Positions 26,477 to 40,120 of a DNA stretch of 64,000 bases are shown here, piece by piece. A program made the translations under genes and the position numbers. Under the pieces are notes generated by a model that saw nothing but the letters and a program-made list of their open reading frames with translations, did no database searches and was not told the origin of the DNA. The stretch is taken from NCBI RefSeq assembly GCF_018350175.1, contig NC_058375.1, positions 200,508,001-200,572,000 of the forward strand, in the 5' to 3' direction. The stretch is from Felis catus (Eukaryota). Position 1 is the first letter of the stretch. Every line of letters starts with the position of its first letter.

Positions 26477-28169
26477 CCTTTTCCTATTTCCCCAAAGTGA
26501 TTGGGGGAAAAGGACAGTATTATCATAAGCAGAACCCAAGTATCTGCTCCCTTATTTAACAGATCCAGAAGCAGATGATTCCCTCTGCATCAGAGAGGAC
26601 CTCCCCGCCCCGAGGAGCATGAACACCCTGGGGGTGCCATGCTGCTAACTGTCCCAGGTCCCATGCCTTTCCTTGCCAGCAGGGCCTCATGTGGACACAG
26701 CACCAGACTTGGACCAGCACACTGATGGAGCTGTATTTTCAGGACTTTCCCCTCTCAAATGAAGACGTCATGAGCACAGGGTGGACGTGCTTTTCTTTCC
26801 TTCCAGAAACTCCCTGACCATGGCTCCTCCTCTTCCCTGATTATCTACTGATACTTTGGGACAAAATTGAGTGTGACGGGGAGGTGTTTTGGTACTTAAT
26901 TACAGGTCACCTATTTCAAGAGAAAGGCCTGTCCCAGTGCCCAGTGGCCAGGGGCAGGGAGAGTACTGAGGGCTGCAGTTCTCATTGGGTTGGGGCTTGG
27001 ACAGGAAGAAAGCCCTCACCCCGGGGACTCTTATTCCCATGGTGGGCTGGGTGAGGAGTAGATAGGAGATACTGAGGAAGAAGAGGCCACATGAAGAAGG
27101 ACCTGTGGTTCACTGTGGTACCACCAGTGCTTAGCTAACCAGCTGGCCACCAATCCAGTGCAGCCCACACTCTGGACCCACATTACTTAGAGTCATCTTG
27201 GAGTGTCATCCAATTTCCACGGCTCCCCAAGCACTTCCCAGTTCCCACGTGCCATTATGCCAATAAGGGTAGATGGAGATGGGGCGAGGGGAGGTTTTAG
27301 GACCATTGCATCACTGCTATAATAGCATCGGACCCTAAGAGGTAAAATCACCCTTGATTGCTTCTTACTAGGGAATAGGGTAATTGAGAAAAGGTGACAA
27401 GGAATAATGCAAAATGTGTTTCTCCCCTGCCTCCTAGGCTTCTCACATCCACAATATAATGAATTCTGCTTATAAAGCACATCATTACTCTTAGGAATTG
27501 GTTATTGTTGTAGGCAAGCCATGCCCCTACCCTCTGCTAGGAGTCCTTGGATCCAATGGGCAAAACATCAAAATAGCAGCAAATTATCTCCTAGAGGCTA
27601 AAAAATTCTGTGATTTTCTGTGCTCTAAGATAGTGACAGATTTGATTTTTGACAGACAGGGACAAGGCCTCATAATTGTGGGGTCCTTCTAAATTTTGTG
27701 ACTATGATTAGAGCCCCCAATCTGTCACTTTGCACCACTCATTTGGAACCAGAACCAAAAGCCTAGTGCCCAGATAGGATAATTTTTTACTTTTGTTTTT
27801 TTTCTTTCCTAGAAAGAGAGTACTCTGTGATCTTTTTTTGGCTCTTTGTCCATAAAATTGTGGTTGAATTATGTCCATTGTCCTTTCAGAATTCCCCAGC
27901 ATCCAGATATGGCCAACTTTCTATATTACACAGGCTTCCATGCAGCCAGGATATTATCTGGACAACATCAAATATCGATTGTTACTTACACTCAGGTTTA
28001 TCAGGTTTTGTTTGGTTGGTTGGCTTTTGGTAGGGAACAGAAATAGTTTATATTTATTTATGCCCAGTTTCCCCAACCTCCAAATTTTTTTTTATATACC
28101 TCCACCATGATGACCTCCCTGCACTGGGCTGAACCAGATTTCCCTTAAATTGGTGGCAGCTGTCCTGCA

Positions 28170-28375
28170 GGAGTAGCATAAAGTGGATTGCCTGGGACTG
28201 GATTCTGTCTAATCATGGCCTAGTTACTTAACCTCATTGCCTCAGTGTCCACATCTGTAAAATGAAGATAATAATGGCATCTACTTTGTCAGTTGCTGGA
28301 GTACTAAGTATGTTGATACATACACAGGAGTTAATTTGGTGCCTGTCACATACTGAGAACATTAGGCATTAGCTA
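28170..28375 (+). mobile_element. MIR SINE
   Basis: agttacttaacctc...gcctcagtgtccacatctgtaaaatg. Confidence 0.7.
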
Positions 28376-29186
28376 GTATCTTGTCCCATGCATGGGGCCA
28401 TACTTGCAGATGATATGCAAGTGAATTCTCTGAAATCTAGACATTTGTCTGGTGGTATGAAGGATGGTTTGCACATTGGAAAGGGGACAATGGTCACTGG
28501 TTATCAGGGTGCACGTCTCATTCCCCAAGGATGCATATGAAAAATAAAAACCCAATTCGTTCATATTTGTACCCATAAGTACAGGCACAGGGAATTCCAA
28601 GGCACAGGGAATTTACCATCCCATTGGGTAGAGAAGTCAGAAGTTGAGATTTCTTTTCTGCTCTGTGACTGACCTTGAGAGCTACCATCTAAGCTGACGG
28701 AGTAGGAGGCTGGTCTCTTGCATGCCGAAGACACTCCCATACTCTTTCAAGAGTGTTTTACTCATTCGGAATATTTATTAAACACCTACTGTGTGCCGGG
28801 TACTACTGTAGGTCCTGGATGTGAGGCAGTAAACAAGACAGACAAGGTCTTTGCTCTTTTGAAGCTTGTATCATCAAGACCCCAACAAACTCCAGAATGC
28901 TATTAGAACTTCAGTAATCACCTCTTATTCAGTACAGCAGATTCTGAATGACCCCGAATGACCATAAGATTCTGAAGTGTCCTGTGAATCACCCAAAAAG
29001 GATGATATGACAGCCACTATAGTTTTGATGATATGCCTATTTTGTTGCATTCTACTATTTTTGGGAAATAATCTAACACATCTACATTTTCCATAAATAC
29101 TGAATTAAACTGAATGGCCCATTCCTAGAACCCGTAGAAAAATAGACGCCTTTACTTGTACCATTTTGTCAGTTTTCACTTGTTTT

Positions 29187-29403
29187 CTTTTAAATTTTGT
29201 AAATGTTTTTTTTTTTTTTGAGAGAGTGAGACAGAGTGTGAGTGGGGGAGGGGCAGAGAGAGAGGAAGACACAGAATCGGAAGCAGGCTCCAGGCTCCGA
29301 GCTGTCAGCCCAGAGCCCGACATGGGGCTCGAACTCATGAACTGTGAGATCATGACCTGAGCCAAAGTCAGACACTTAACTGACTGAGCCACCCAGGCGC
29401 CCC
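29187..29403 (-). mobile_element. Can-SINE
   Basis: Reverse SINE with TSD tttcacttgtttt at 29174-29186 and 29406-29418. Confidence 0.95.
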
Positions 29404-29920
29404 GGTTTCACTTGTTTTGTATGTTTTCCTTGTATGTGGGCTTTGGCCTCTCACCAATTATTATTTCCTTTCTGAGCTGCTGGACTGTAAGCTCCACCAG
29501 GGGAGGAACCTTCCTAAGCCTGTGCACTTCCCACTGAGGAAGGACATTGCCTGGCCTGTTGCTGACCTGAGTCAGAAGGGCCTGGGAAAATTGAAGGGAG
29601 GAAGGGTCTTATCTGCTGCCTGGTGATATATGCAAGCCCTCTCTCAGAGCCCTGCCCCGGGAGCTTTTTTTCTGATGTTCGACAGAAAACTTTCATGGGA
29701 ATGAGGTCCTAACACATTCCTTGTCCTGTGTTTCTCTCACCTTCTCTGAAATGACCCGATGGGGTAAAATTTCTCCACATTTCTTCCAGCACTAATGATC
29801 TCTGCTTCTAGGGGTCCTGGGCAGAAATTTAAAGAGAGTTTGTGAGTTGTTCCTCTTTTTAATCTTGAAGGAATCCATCTTGTAGGAAGCCAGAAAGAAG
29901 ACACTAGGGGTGGAACAGAC

Positions 29921-29923
<3 letters not shown>

Positions 29924-29966
<43 letters not shown>
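29924..29966. repeat. (GA)n microsatellite
   Basis: Directly visible, just downstream of the MARCHF4 poly(A) site. Confidence 0.95.
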
Positions 29967-29969
<3 letters not shown>

Positions 29970-30039
29970 GAAGGCAAGATTATGCCACAGAGGGAGAGCT
30001 GGGCAGAAGAAGGGAAAACTCACATATAGAAAAGGACAC

Positions 30040-31542
30040 TAATGATAGGGAAAGAAATTTTATTTTCAAGCTTTTAAGAGAATAATACAAACAACAGAGA
30101 GTTTTAAAAAACCCTAAAAACTAGTTTAAAAAAGTACTTGACAGTGTCCCTTTAATACCCATGGATGGCGCGGCCATTGTGCATTGACAATGAGAAACTG
30201 TGCAGGTGACCACCCCAGTGGCCTTGCTGGCAAGGCCCCAGGAACCAGCAGTCTGGGCTGGAGGGACAGTGCTCCCTGACAGGGTCCCTGGGCCCTGCCT
30301 CGCTGCATGGGAGGGACCGGGGAGTATGTAGCACTGAGGGATTACACCCTCGGGTGAGGGTCCCAAGTTGCAAGGAATACTTAGATTGGTCTCCACTCCA
30401 CTCCTTGGGACACATCCAGCCAATTTATTCCCATCTGCTACAACAGCTATCCTGGGGGGCCCCTGGGTGGGAGGTGCTCTGCCCTAGGGGGCCCTGGGTC
30501 TCTGCATGCGCCAAAGCAGGAGAAGGCATGACATTGAGCATGTCCTGGCCATGGGCAGGGTTGGGTAGTTGGGAAAGTCGCTCCTGGATTGACAGCTTTG
30601 AAGGCTGAAGCCACAGCAGCAGGACTGTGCTTGAGATACCCACAGGAAATCTGTACTTTTCTCTAGTTGTGTGTGTTTCTTGTAAACATCTTTGAGCCAA
30701 ACCACCAGAAAATAAAGTAACAAGGGCACAAAAAGACACCCATCTCCAAACCTAAACCCTCTTTGAGCCCATCTGAAACTGGGAGTTCCCGGTTTGGAAG
30801 GAAGCCAAAATCTCCCTCCCTCTGGGGGCTCACACCAACATCTCCCTCCCTGCACCTTGCCCCAGAGCCCCTAAAGCCATCTGAGTCAGGAATCCTGCCC
30901 ACCCAGATGAGCCCAGGAGCCACAAATGCCATCTGTCATCCTTGCCAGCCCACACCCATCCCTCTCCCTCCCCACCACTGCCCCAAAAACAGCCCAGGGA
31001 GAAACAAACAAACTCAAGGGGAAAACAAGGCAGGCTACAGTGCTTTTCCTTTGCACACTCTTTGCCCCTTTGCATTTTTTCTCCCACCACTTGCGCACAC
31101 AGGGACGCCACTGCCGCCACCTCACCGTCGCCCTTCCCAAGCCTCCTTTTCTCCCAGGTGCCCTCACCCGAGGGCAGTAATCCCAGGTGGATGGGCACAT
31201 CTGGGATTTTTGTCCTTGTGTTTTGTTATGTTCAAGCTGTATTGCGCTTCCTTGTTGAGTTTGTACTGGTTCTTCTTGCTCTTGTTGGAGGATGGGGGTT
31301 GACCGATTAGAATCACAAAAAGCGCCCTGGACACCCGACTCACTCGCTCCAGCTCTGACCCTGCCTCCAGGGCCCCCATGAGGCCCACTGCCTTCTGCCT
31401 GCCCTCTGCTCCGGCCCCTGGGATGCCACTTTGCCTCCCCACACCTGCTCCCCAGACTGTGGCCTGCCAGGCCTTGGCCCCTTCCTGGCCCAGCCTCCCC
31501 ATCTCTGTGCATGGTCACGGCCTCCTTTCCAGGTCTCTCCCC
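30040..31542 (-). other. MARCHF4: MARCHF4 3' UTR (approximate 3' end)
   Basis: Stretch with no recognisable interspersed repeat running from the stop codon to an AATAAA that is followed by CA and a GT/T-rich downstream element. Confidence 0.75.
30059..30064 (-). terminator. Polyadenylation signal AATAAA of MARCHF4
   Basis: Minus strand reads ...aAATAAAatttctttccctatCAttagtgtccttttctatatgtg, with an upstream TGTA at ~30089-30086. Confidence 0.75.
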
Positions 31543-31910
31543 TCACACTGTCGTGACCCTCATGACAAGCTCCCGGCTCCCGCCCTGGGGGCCCCGCTGT
31601 TCATGAGGTCGTAAGTGACTCAAGATGTGCAGGATGGTGTAAGCACAGTGGTGATCGGACAGAGGGCCTGAGGGGTGGCTGGCCGCCCTGGCAGGGCCTT
31701 CCTCAGGGCCGGGGGCACCCACAGCCTCCTCTTCGGAGGAGGGGACATCGGCCTGGGTGGATGAGGAGGTCCGGGGGTTTGTCCTGCCTCCTGACTTTTG
31801 ATCTTCCAGGTCTTTCGTCCTGTCATAGTTCAGCACTTTCCACTGCTGGTTGACAGCCTGCCACCGTTTAAAGATGCGGTACACAGAGGGTCCCTCGTGC
31901 ACGATGAGAC
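31543..31910 (-). CDS. MARCHF4: MARCHF4 last coding exon (cytoplasmic tail ending in PDZ-binding-type motif VTTV)
   Basis: (G)LIVHEGPSVYRIFKRWQAVNQQWKVLNYD...HHCAYTILHILSHLRPHEQ...RELVMRVTTV*. Long pyrimidine tract then ccag|GT, phase 1 matching exon 3, TGA at 31545-31543. Confidence 0.97.
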
Positions 31911-32514
31911 CTGGAGGGGCAGGGAGGGAGAGAGAAAAGGACAAGAAAGAGACAGGATGTCACTGCTGGAAAAATGGTCTCCCTATGCTTACACACAGAT
32001 GTACACATTGGGGCAAGCTGGATTTGTATCGGTTTGATTTGTTCTTTTCAAACCTCCCTTTCAGATCTGAGCCCCTGTATGCCTAGGCTTCACGAGTCTT
32101 CAGAAATAGAAGGTGGAAGGCTACCACACGAGTTCAGGAAATGGTCCAGTGCCTACATGCAACGCGTTTGCCCACCTCTCCTCCACCCCTCCCACTTCTT
32201 GGCTTGACAAAACCCCAAGTCATCATCTGTTGAGGCATAATATAAATATATTTTCCTCCCTCTACCATGTAGCCATGGCACCAGGCATTGAGCAGATGTT
32301 GAATGAACCGTGTGCTTTCAAAGGCACCATGAAAGATACCAAGGGTCATTCCATACCTGCTAGATGATGTCTGGAATTACATTGGTTAACTCTTCGCTAT
32401 TTAACAAATAGTCGAATTCTCTTGAAACACACCCCTGGGAAGGAGAGCTTTGATACAGTTCTACTGGCCAGAAGCAGTGTAGAGTCAGAAAGAAGCCATA
32501 CCAGACAACCGGAA

Positions 32515-35000
32515 GATAAATATTATGTGCCTACTATGTGCCAAGCACTAGGTGTAGTGCAGTGAGCAGGACAGGCAGAGTCCTGCCCTCCAAGAGCTTA
32601 TATTCTAGCAGAGAGACAATAGTAGGCACACAACCAAACTGATAAGACTATTTCAGGTGATGGCAAATGCTATGAGGAAGATGAAATAGGGTTAAATAGC
32701 CACTGGCTGCAGATACTGAGGGTCCTGCTTTATCGAAAGGATGGTGAATAAGGAGGTGGTGTTTACATTGAGACATAAATGATGAGAAGGGGGGGACCAT
32801 GCAAAGATCTGGAGAGAGAGCATGTTGGTGGTAGGAACTGCTAGTGCAAAGGCCAGGAGGTGGGAATGGAATGCACGTGCATCAGAAAGAAGGTCAACGT
32901 GGCCAGGGTGCAGTGATGAGTGGGAAGTACAAGGAGATAAGGGGGCACAGAGGGGCACAATATGATGAGGCCTTATAAGCCATGGCAAGGGATTTCTGTT
33001 TTGTCCTGAGTATAATGGGAAGCCATTGAAGGGTTTTAAGGGAGGGGTGAGGGGTGATGTGATCTAGTTTACCCTGCAGAAAGTTCATTCTGGCTCCTGT
33101 GAAACAATAAACTGATGAGGGAGAACAGTAGGAGCAGGCGACCAAGCAGGAAGTGATGTAGTGATTCAAGCAGGAACGGATGGTGGTCTCTACCAGGGTT
33201 ATAGCAGTAGGTTGCATGGAAAATTGTGTGGTCAGGACGTATGTAGAGGCAGAGCTCACAGGCTTGCTGACAGATAAGTTGTGAGTCAAGTGAAAAATCT
33301 GGACAGCCCAGGAGCTTTTGGCCAACAATACACTAGTGGTGTGCCATTTACTGAGATGTGGATAGCATGAGGGCAGGGCGGGGAGGATTTATGTGGTGGT
33401 GGCCATGACTATATTAGTTTCCTACTGTTGTTGTAACAAATGACCACACACTCAGTGGCTTAAAACACACAAGTGTTTTCTTATAGTTCTGGAGACAGAA
33501 GTCTATAGTGAAGGTATCAGAGGGCTGGTTCTTTCTGGTGGCTTTGAGAGGAGAATCCATCTTCTTGCCTTTAAGCTTCTAGAAGACACCTGCATTCCAT
33601 GTCTCTTTCCTACATCACTCCACCTCTTTGTTCCAATGTCACATCTCCTACCCTTCTGTCATTGTCTCTTTCTTATAAGAACCTTGTGATTACAAGTCCA
33701 CCCAAATGACCCAGAATATCCTCCTCATTTCAAGAGTCTTAAATTAGTCATGTCTGCAAGTCCCTTTTGCCATAAAAGGTAACATTAACAGGCTCCAAGG
33801 ATTAGGACCTGGATCTTTGGGGGGTCATTATTCAGCCTACCACAGTGATTAATAGTTATATTTTGATTATGGTAAATTTAAGATGTCTGTTAGAAATGTC
33901 ACTGGAAGGGCCAGGTATACAGTTGAACATATGAGTCTGAAGGTTAGAGAGAGGTCTGGCCTGGAGGTAGAAGTCATCAGTGTAGAGGTAGAATCTGAAG
34001 TCTCAGGAATGGCCCAGGAAGGCAGACAGATTAGAAAAGAGGGACAATGACAGATTCCTGGGCCTTTTGATATATAGAATTTTGGCGGAGGTAGAGCCAG
34101 CAAAGGAGGTCCTGAATGAGCAATAAATGGCATAGAAGCAAGACCACCAAGTGTAAAGACCCAGAAATCTAGAGAAGGACACATTTCAATAAAAAGAGTG
34201 TGCTAACTCTTAAATTCTGTTGAGAAAACAGCTCATGTGGAATGAGGGGTGACCACTGCCTTGGTGGGCACAGGTGGAAGGAGGTTGATAGAAAATCAAG
34301 TAGTTCTCATCCAAGTGTCTTTTTCTTCTATGATTCATCAGTTAAGATGGAAGGGATACAGGAGGAAGTGTTGAAGATTATTGGGGAGAAGAAAAAGGGG
34401 GAAATGATTATCTTAGAAAAGTGGGAGACTGAATTTACAAAGGAGATATGGTAGAATTGTCTGACAGTGCTCAGCAACCATTTGAGGTTTGTGGCCACAA
34501 ATTTGAGGTGAGTTGTATAGTTTTTCTCCATAACTTCAACTGCTGGCTAGGTGCACCTATGGAGTAAGAAAGTTGGGTTTCATTAGTGTAGACTTTTTCT
34601 GTGAAAGAAAGACAAGTAAGAGAAGACATAAGATTTACGGATGTTGGCAAGGGAGGGATTATTAAACTGACCCGTGGAGTCTGAGCTGGAGAGGAGGAAA
34701 GGGATACACAAAAGTGATAAAGAATAATGAAAAAAGGAAAAATGGAAAGTAATAGGGTCAATGCCAAGAGTTCTCTTTGAAGTTATAGAATTGCTAGAGT
34801 CAGTGAGCTACAAGGATAGGGGTGTGGAGTGATGGGCAGAGTGGGATGTTTAAATCCAGATTTTGGAAGTGGTATTGTTCTTGGTGATGATGAGGTCTAG
34901 GGAATGTCCACTTGAGCAGAGGCTGAGGTGAGCTAGAGGAAAAGGCTTGTGGAGTAAAGAGATAACCAAAGAGTTGGACAGGTTATCTGTATCAGCCATC
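32515..35000 (-). mobile_element. Long degenerate LINE-2, interrupted by the MLT1 LTR
   Basis: tgcctactatgtgccaagcact L2 3' end followed by purine-rich L2 antisense sequence (gggaagccattgaagggtttt, gtgccatttactgagatg). Confidence 0.75.
33410..33844 (-). mobile_element. MLT1-type MaLR solo LTR inserted into L2
   Basis: tattagtttcctactgttgttgtaacaaatgaccaca...cttatagttctggag...ggggtcattattcagcctaccaca. Confidence 0.85.
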
Positions 35001-35002
35001 CT

Positions 35003-35301
35003 CAGTGCTATTAGGACAAATGTCCCCTTTTTATAATAGGTATAGTTTAATATTCCCTTTCCTATCCTGAAGTGAAATTCATAAGGTAATATAAGCTACT
35101 ATGGTTTCTTTTTTAAAAATAAATTAATATAATGCACTGACAAATAATGTAAAAAAGAACAAAGGAGACGTCATTTAGACCAGACAATATAAGTTTCAGC
35201 ATAAATTCTAGGGCACAACTACATTAGAAAACAAACAAAAACCTCAAACATTTCTGAAATGCCCCCCTAGGAGATGGTACCACCTCCACTGAGAGGCACT
35301 G
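35003..35301. mobile_element. hAT-Charlie (Charlie4-like) DNA transposon fragment
   Basis: cagtgct...gaggcactg inverted termini with AT-rich interior ctatcctgaagtgaaattcata. Confidence 0.45.
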
Positions 35302-36078
35302 ATCATAGAGATGCTGAAGACAAGAATAGTGGGAGGGAGTGCATGAACCAGCTGCACCCAGGAATGGGAGGAGTGAGTAGGCAGCCAACAGCCAACAGCA
35401 TCAACAAGGGGAAAGGGACAATCAAATATGATGATATGCACTTCAAAGGGGCTGGGGCTTCTGAAGGATAAAGGAAGAGAGGTGGTTTGGAAGGGGTGAT
35501 GGAGAACAAGAAGGATGTGGACCTCACCTCCAGTCCCCGTATAATACAGCATATGGGAAAAAAAGCAGCTACCACTTGAGAAAGCAAGAAACAGTGTCCT
35601 CAGAAGAAGCTGTTTCCATGAAAGGAACACTCAGAGAAGTTGCTGGTGACAGGCCATGACACCCAGAGGAAGGGCTGGGAAGATGAAGCCAGCTAAGGGA
35701 TGGGCAGAATAGGAAAGTGATGATTGTCCATATTGTGAGAGTGGTGCAGGAAGCTGGGCCCTGTGATGGGGAATGAGATGACTCGGGATTCACCCTGCAG
35801 CAACTGTCAGTGTAGGGATGGCTGCTGGCCTGGCCTCTGGAGGGAAGAGCTGACTCACAGGAGCAAACAGTGATGAGTCACTCCAGCATCCTCAATGTCA
35901 AGCAAAGAGACCAGATGGAAACCTCTCAGTGCTCCTCCAACCTTGAACACACTGTGATTCTAGGAGACAAGATAGCCACCCACCACCGCTCCTTCTTCTA
36001 GTATGACAATAGTTCCTGAGATTGCACTCTGGCCACATGTTTTCAAAAGTTTGTTGGAGAGACCATCTCCCTGTGACC

Positions 36079-36225
36079 CAGTTGTTCCTAATCTTTTCGG
36101 TCACATGCCCCTTTGAGGATCTGATGAAGGCTAAGGACCATCTCCCTGGAACACAAACCAGACATAAGAGTTTAGGATTCATATATCTTCTGAAGACCAT
36201 CAATGGATCCCTATTTGTGGCCTGA
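36079..36225. mobile_element. hAT-Charlie (MER117-like) fragment
   Basis: cccctttgaggatctgatgaaggctaaggaccatctcc. Confidence 0.45.
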
Positions 36226-37111
36226 TTCTAGACAAGGAGACCTCCTCTCTGCCCCTTGTCTCATCGCTCTCTCCCAGTGTACCAACCCTCATCACTTCCT
36301 TCAACCTTGTGAATATGAGTCCTATGGCACTGCTTCATTCATATGTTGATTAGTTCCACAAGCTCTTTTCCCTGTGCGGTAAGCCCCTCGAGGACTGAGT
36401 CCAGGAATGGTTGAGGCCTGGGCAGTCAACACAGTAACAGGAGTTTAATGAAGCCTTGGTGATGATGGAGGAGATAGGGGCCTCAGGGAGAGAGAAGCAG
36501 AATCTTTTGAAGCCCCAAACTAACTCTTTCCAATAAGAGCCATACACTTGATTCTTAATTAGCTTCTTGATCACACAATTTTACCCTGATTGAAGAGGGT
36601 GGCTTAAATTTTTGGTCTGAATGCTGCCTTCTAATTATCTAACTGTCTAGTGATCAGGAAGTAATTAAACCACTTTAATGGATAGGAGGCTGAAGGGGAG
36701 AAAGTGCACCTGTTTTTGTAGATAATGCTTGTTTGGCAAAAGTGAAAAAGCACAAACTACCTTATTTGCATCCACTCCCCTTAGTTCTTCCTCTGCTTCC
36801 CGCTCTACAAATTACTTATTGATTCCTTGGCTTGTGGAAATAAAAAAAAAAAAAAAAATGGAGGAAGATGGGTGGGGATCATCTAATTGGGACAAGTGAA
36901 AATAGGCAAGTTGAAGAGTTGGGAGAGAAGGAAGATGAGTTGGAAATGGCAGTGGATGGAGAGAGAGGATGAAATTAGAATAGGAGGGAAAGAAGTTACT
37001 GGTGAAGGGAGGCAGAGAAATAGTAGAAGAGGATGGAACATTATAATGCATGGCAACACCAGCAACTCAGTAAGTTTTGATTCACTGGGTGCTTCTCTCA
37101 AGTTGTTTTCT

Positions 37112-37308
37112 TTTTTTTAAAGTTTATTTATTTATTTAGAGAGAGAGCTTAGGTGGGGCAGAGAGAGAGGGAGAGTGAGAATCCCAAGCAGGCTCCGAGT
37201 TGTCAGTGCAGGGTCCGACGTGGGGCTTGATCTCACAAACTGTGAGATCATGACCTGAGCCGAAATCAAGAGTCAGATGCTTAACCAATTGAGCCACTTA
37301 GGCGCCCC
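37112..37308 (-). mobile_element. Can-SINE
   Basis: Reverse SINE with TSD core gttgttttct. Confidence 0.92.
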
Positions 37309-37977
37309 TCTGGGGTTGTTTTCTATTTAATTTAATAGTTACCTTGTAACCACCCACAAGGTGCCCCACCCTGGGCTGTATTGTTGGGACATCCAGTCCC
37401 AGAAGAATTGCCATCTTCATCTCCCTAATGTCTCTCCACCTTTGGGGGCAACTCTTCCTCATGGAGCTGGAGGATCCTTAAGTGTCAGAACCCTTTGCTT
37501 GTCATCATATCTCTCCCCTGAGCCTCCAGCTGAAGCGGCCCTTTGGTTAGCCCATGAGGAGCGAAGGAAGGTGGCCATTGTGAGTGGGTGGTCCTGTCTG
37601 CTTGGCTCCCTCTTCCCCTAAGTCGCTGATGACACAGCTTTGTCAGGGAGTCCTCAATCCTTGGTTGGGATTGGCCTCCCAATCATGGCCTGCTGAATTT
37701 TGGCCACTGGCTCTTGCTGTATCCCAAGCAGTGAGATACAATTTAATTCTATTTAGGTGATATTTCCTGAGTACCTACTATGTGCTTCTTTGAACACCTG
37801 TGATAGGACAAAAAAAACTTGTTCTTATTATATACGGAGGTAACAGGCCAAGGTTAACTGAGAAGCCTGCAGAGAAGCCTCTGGCCCCTCAGCAATGCCA
37901 AAATCCCTTCTTCCCACCCCCTATTTCCTGTTACTATCCTGATCTAAGTGGCAAAAAAGTTGCAGACAATTCTACAA

Positions 37978-38163
37978 CAGTGCTTCTCAAACTTTAGCAT
38001 GCATCAAAATCAGCCAGGGACCTTGTTAGAACCCAGATTTCTGGGCTCTGGACCAAGAGTCTGAATCAGTAGGTCTTGGTTGAGGCCTACGAATTTGCAT
38101 TTCTAAGATGCTCTTGAGTGACACTGATCCTGCCTGTGTGTAGAGCACACTTGAGTAACACTG
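37978..38163. mobile_element. MER5A hAT-Charlie element, near full length
   Basis: cagtgcttctcaaactttagcatgcatcaaaatca...gaatttgcatttctaa...ttgagtaacactg with cagtg/cactg terminal inverted repeats. Confidence 0.85.
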
Positions 38164-38379
38164 CCTAGAACATGATCCTTGTCGTGGCCTACTGCCTCAT
38201 GGAAGGCTCGAGATTTTGATCAAATAAAGAGCTGTGGGTAATTTTTAAAAAATCTCTGGTTCCCGATGCAGTAGACATGAAGATGTGAGGCAACTAAAGA
38301 AATGGATGCTGCTTCTTCTGGACCCAAAGAACTTTGGGTCCCATGTTTTAGAGGCAACTTGCCAGTGAACGTGCATCGG

Positions 38380-38570
38380 ACATGCAGAGTATCTACCACT
38401 TTCTAGCCTTGTGGATTTAGGTAAGTCACTTCCTCTTCTGAGCCTCAGTATTTCTGTCAGTAAATTGGGACTGATACCATCTTTCTTATAGGGTTGTTAT
38501 GAGATTAGATGACGTAATGAGTCGTATGTGCTGATGCCTGGCACTGTGCCTGGCCGCATGATATTGAGTA
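38380..38570 (+). mobile_element. MIR SINE
   Basis: gtaagtcacttcctcttctgagcctcagt...ttatagggttgttatgagatta. Confidence 0.7.
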
Positions 38571-39849
38571 TTGGGGGGTGGGGTGGGGATGGAGATGACA
38601 AAAGAGGAAAAGCTCACTCATATCTTTTCCTCCTTCGCCAACCCTGTTCCCACGCACAAGCACCTGTTCTTCGTCTCCTAATTGTCCTTCCCAATCCTCA
38701 GTCTGAGTCATTGTTTACAGATGAACAAGATGCTGGCGCCAAAAGGAGCTCTGGAGGCCAGCTGATTCTGCAGATGTGGTGACAAGCCTCCACTCCTGCC
38801 TCCTCTCCCCCTGCCAGGAGCCTTCAGCAGTGCCAGTGGGGGAATGCTCCCTGCCTGCAGGGCTGTCCACTGTCACACAGCTGCGGGGCAGGACTTACAC
38901 GGAAGGCCACCACTGCCAAACTCCTCTTCCGGACATTACCCCTCAAGAGCCCAGCCCTGTCAGAATCTGCACTAAAGAACCTGTCGGGCAAGTGTGGGAA
39001 AGATCAGTCTAACCACCTAGGGTTTTGGTTTTTTTTTTGCAGGGGAGTGGGGTGGTTAGGAAGTGGCGTTGTGAGGTGACATTGGCAGTGCCTCCACCTC
39101 CCCAGTATTCATGGTGACAGCTTTGTGCTCCTCAGAAGTGTAACCAGAATGTTCTTCTGGGGGTCTCCATATGGATGATGAGATGTGGATCCAGGGGCCT
39201 CATTTGGGCAGGCTCCCCTTGACTCAAATGCTTTGGGTCCTGGTTTGGCCTACTCTTTCAGTAATAAAGACCCAAAGGACAGAAGATACTGAAAGCCTTC
39301 GATGAGGGTGAAGCAAAATCACCTTCCCCTTCCGTTTCCATCCCGTTAATGCCTTGTCAGTGTCCAGGGAGAGGCTGTCCCCTTGGCAGTGACTTCTATT
39401 ACAATTCCCTTCCTAGCAGGGTCCTTGCTGGACTGGTTGACCTTGGTCACGCCGTACAGAATGTGTCTAAACCCATCAGGGCCAGAACCTTGCTGGTCCC
39501 TCTGCCCACCCAGGGCATTGCAGAGACCTGTGAGAAGACCTCAGCCAGAAAATCATGAAGAGCACTGACGCTCCTTGAAATGAATGTGCTTAACTCGGTA
39601 GGACTGGGCAGGGAAGAGAGATATCCTCGGAGCCCCAAATTTCCTGCATTGGTATATGTGAGGGGTCCATGCCTGCAACTGTGTGTGTGAAGCTGATTCC
39701 CAAGATACTGTAGCTTTTACCTATGAGACTTCTCTACAAAGCTCAGGGCTCTCGCTATCTGGACTGAAACTGCCAGAATTGCATTGCTCAGTCACTCTAG
39801 GTGATGGTGATGAAGGTCACAGTGACGATGCTGATGATGGCAATGGTGA

Positions 39850-40120
39850 CAATAGCAAGTACTTATGGAATGCTTGCTATGTTCTGTCACTCCAGCAGGG
39901 CTTTGCAAAAAATACAAACAAATAAATAAATAAATAAATAGGCTTTGCAAATCTAGTGTACCTCTCACAGAAAGCCCATAACGTAGGTGGTATTATCTGC
40001 ACTTGACAGAAGAGGAAACTGAGCTTGGAGAGGCTTAACATCCTGCCCACAGACACACAGCTTGTCCATGTTGGGGGAACGTACACTCAGGTTCATCTGA
40101 AACAGAACAGTGCGGTGTGC
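39850..40120 (-). mobile_element. MIR SINE
   Basis: acagaagaggaaactgagcttggagaggcttaaca reverse MIR core. Confidence 0.65.

Noticed and set aside
30763-31614. Several overlapping 110-210 aa ORFs
   Set aside because: They lie in the GC-rich MARCHF4 3' UTR or antisense to it and show no protein similarity I recognise.
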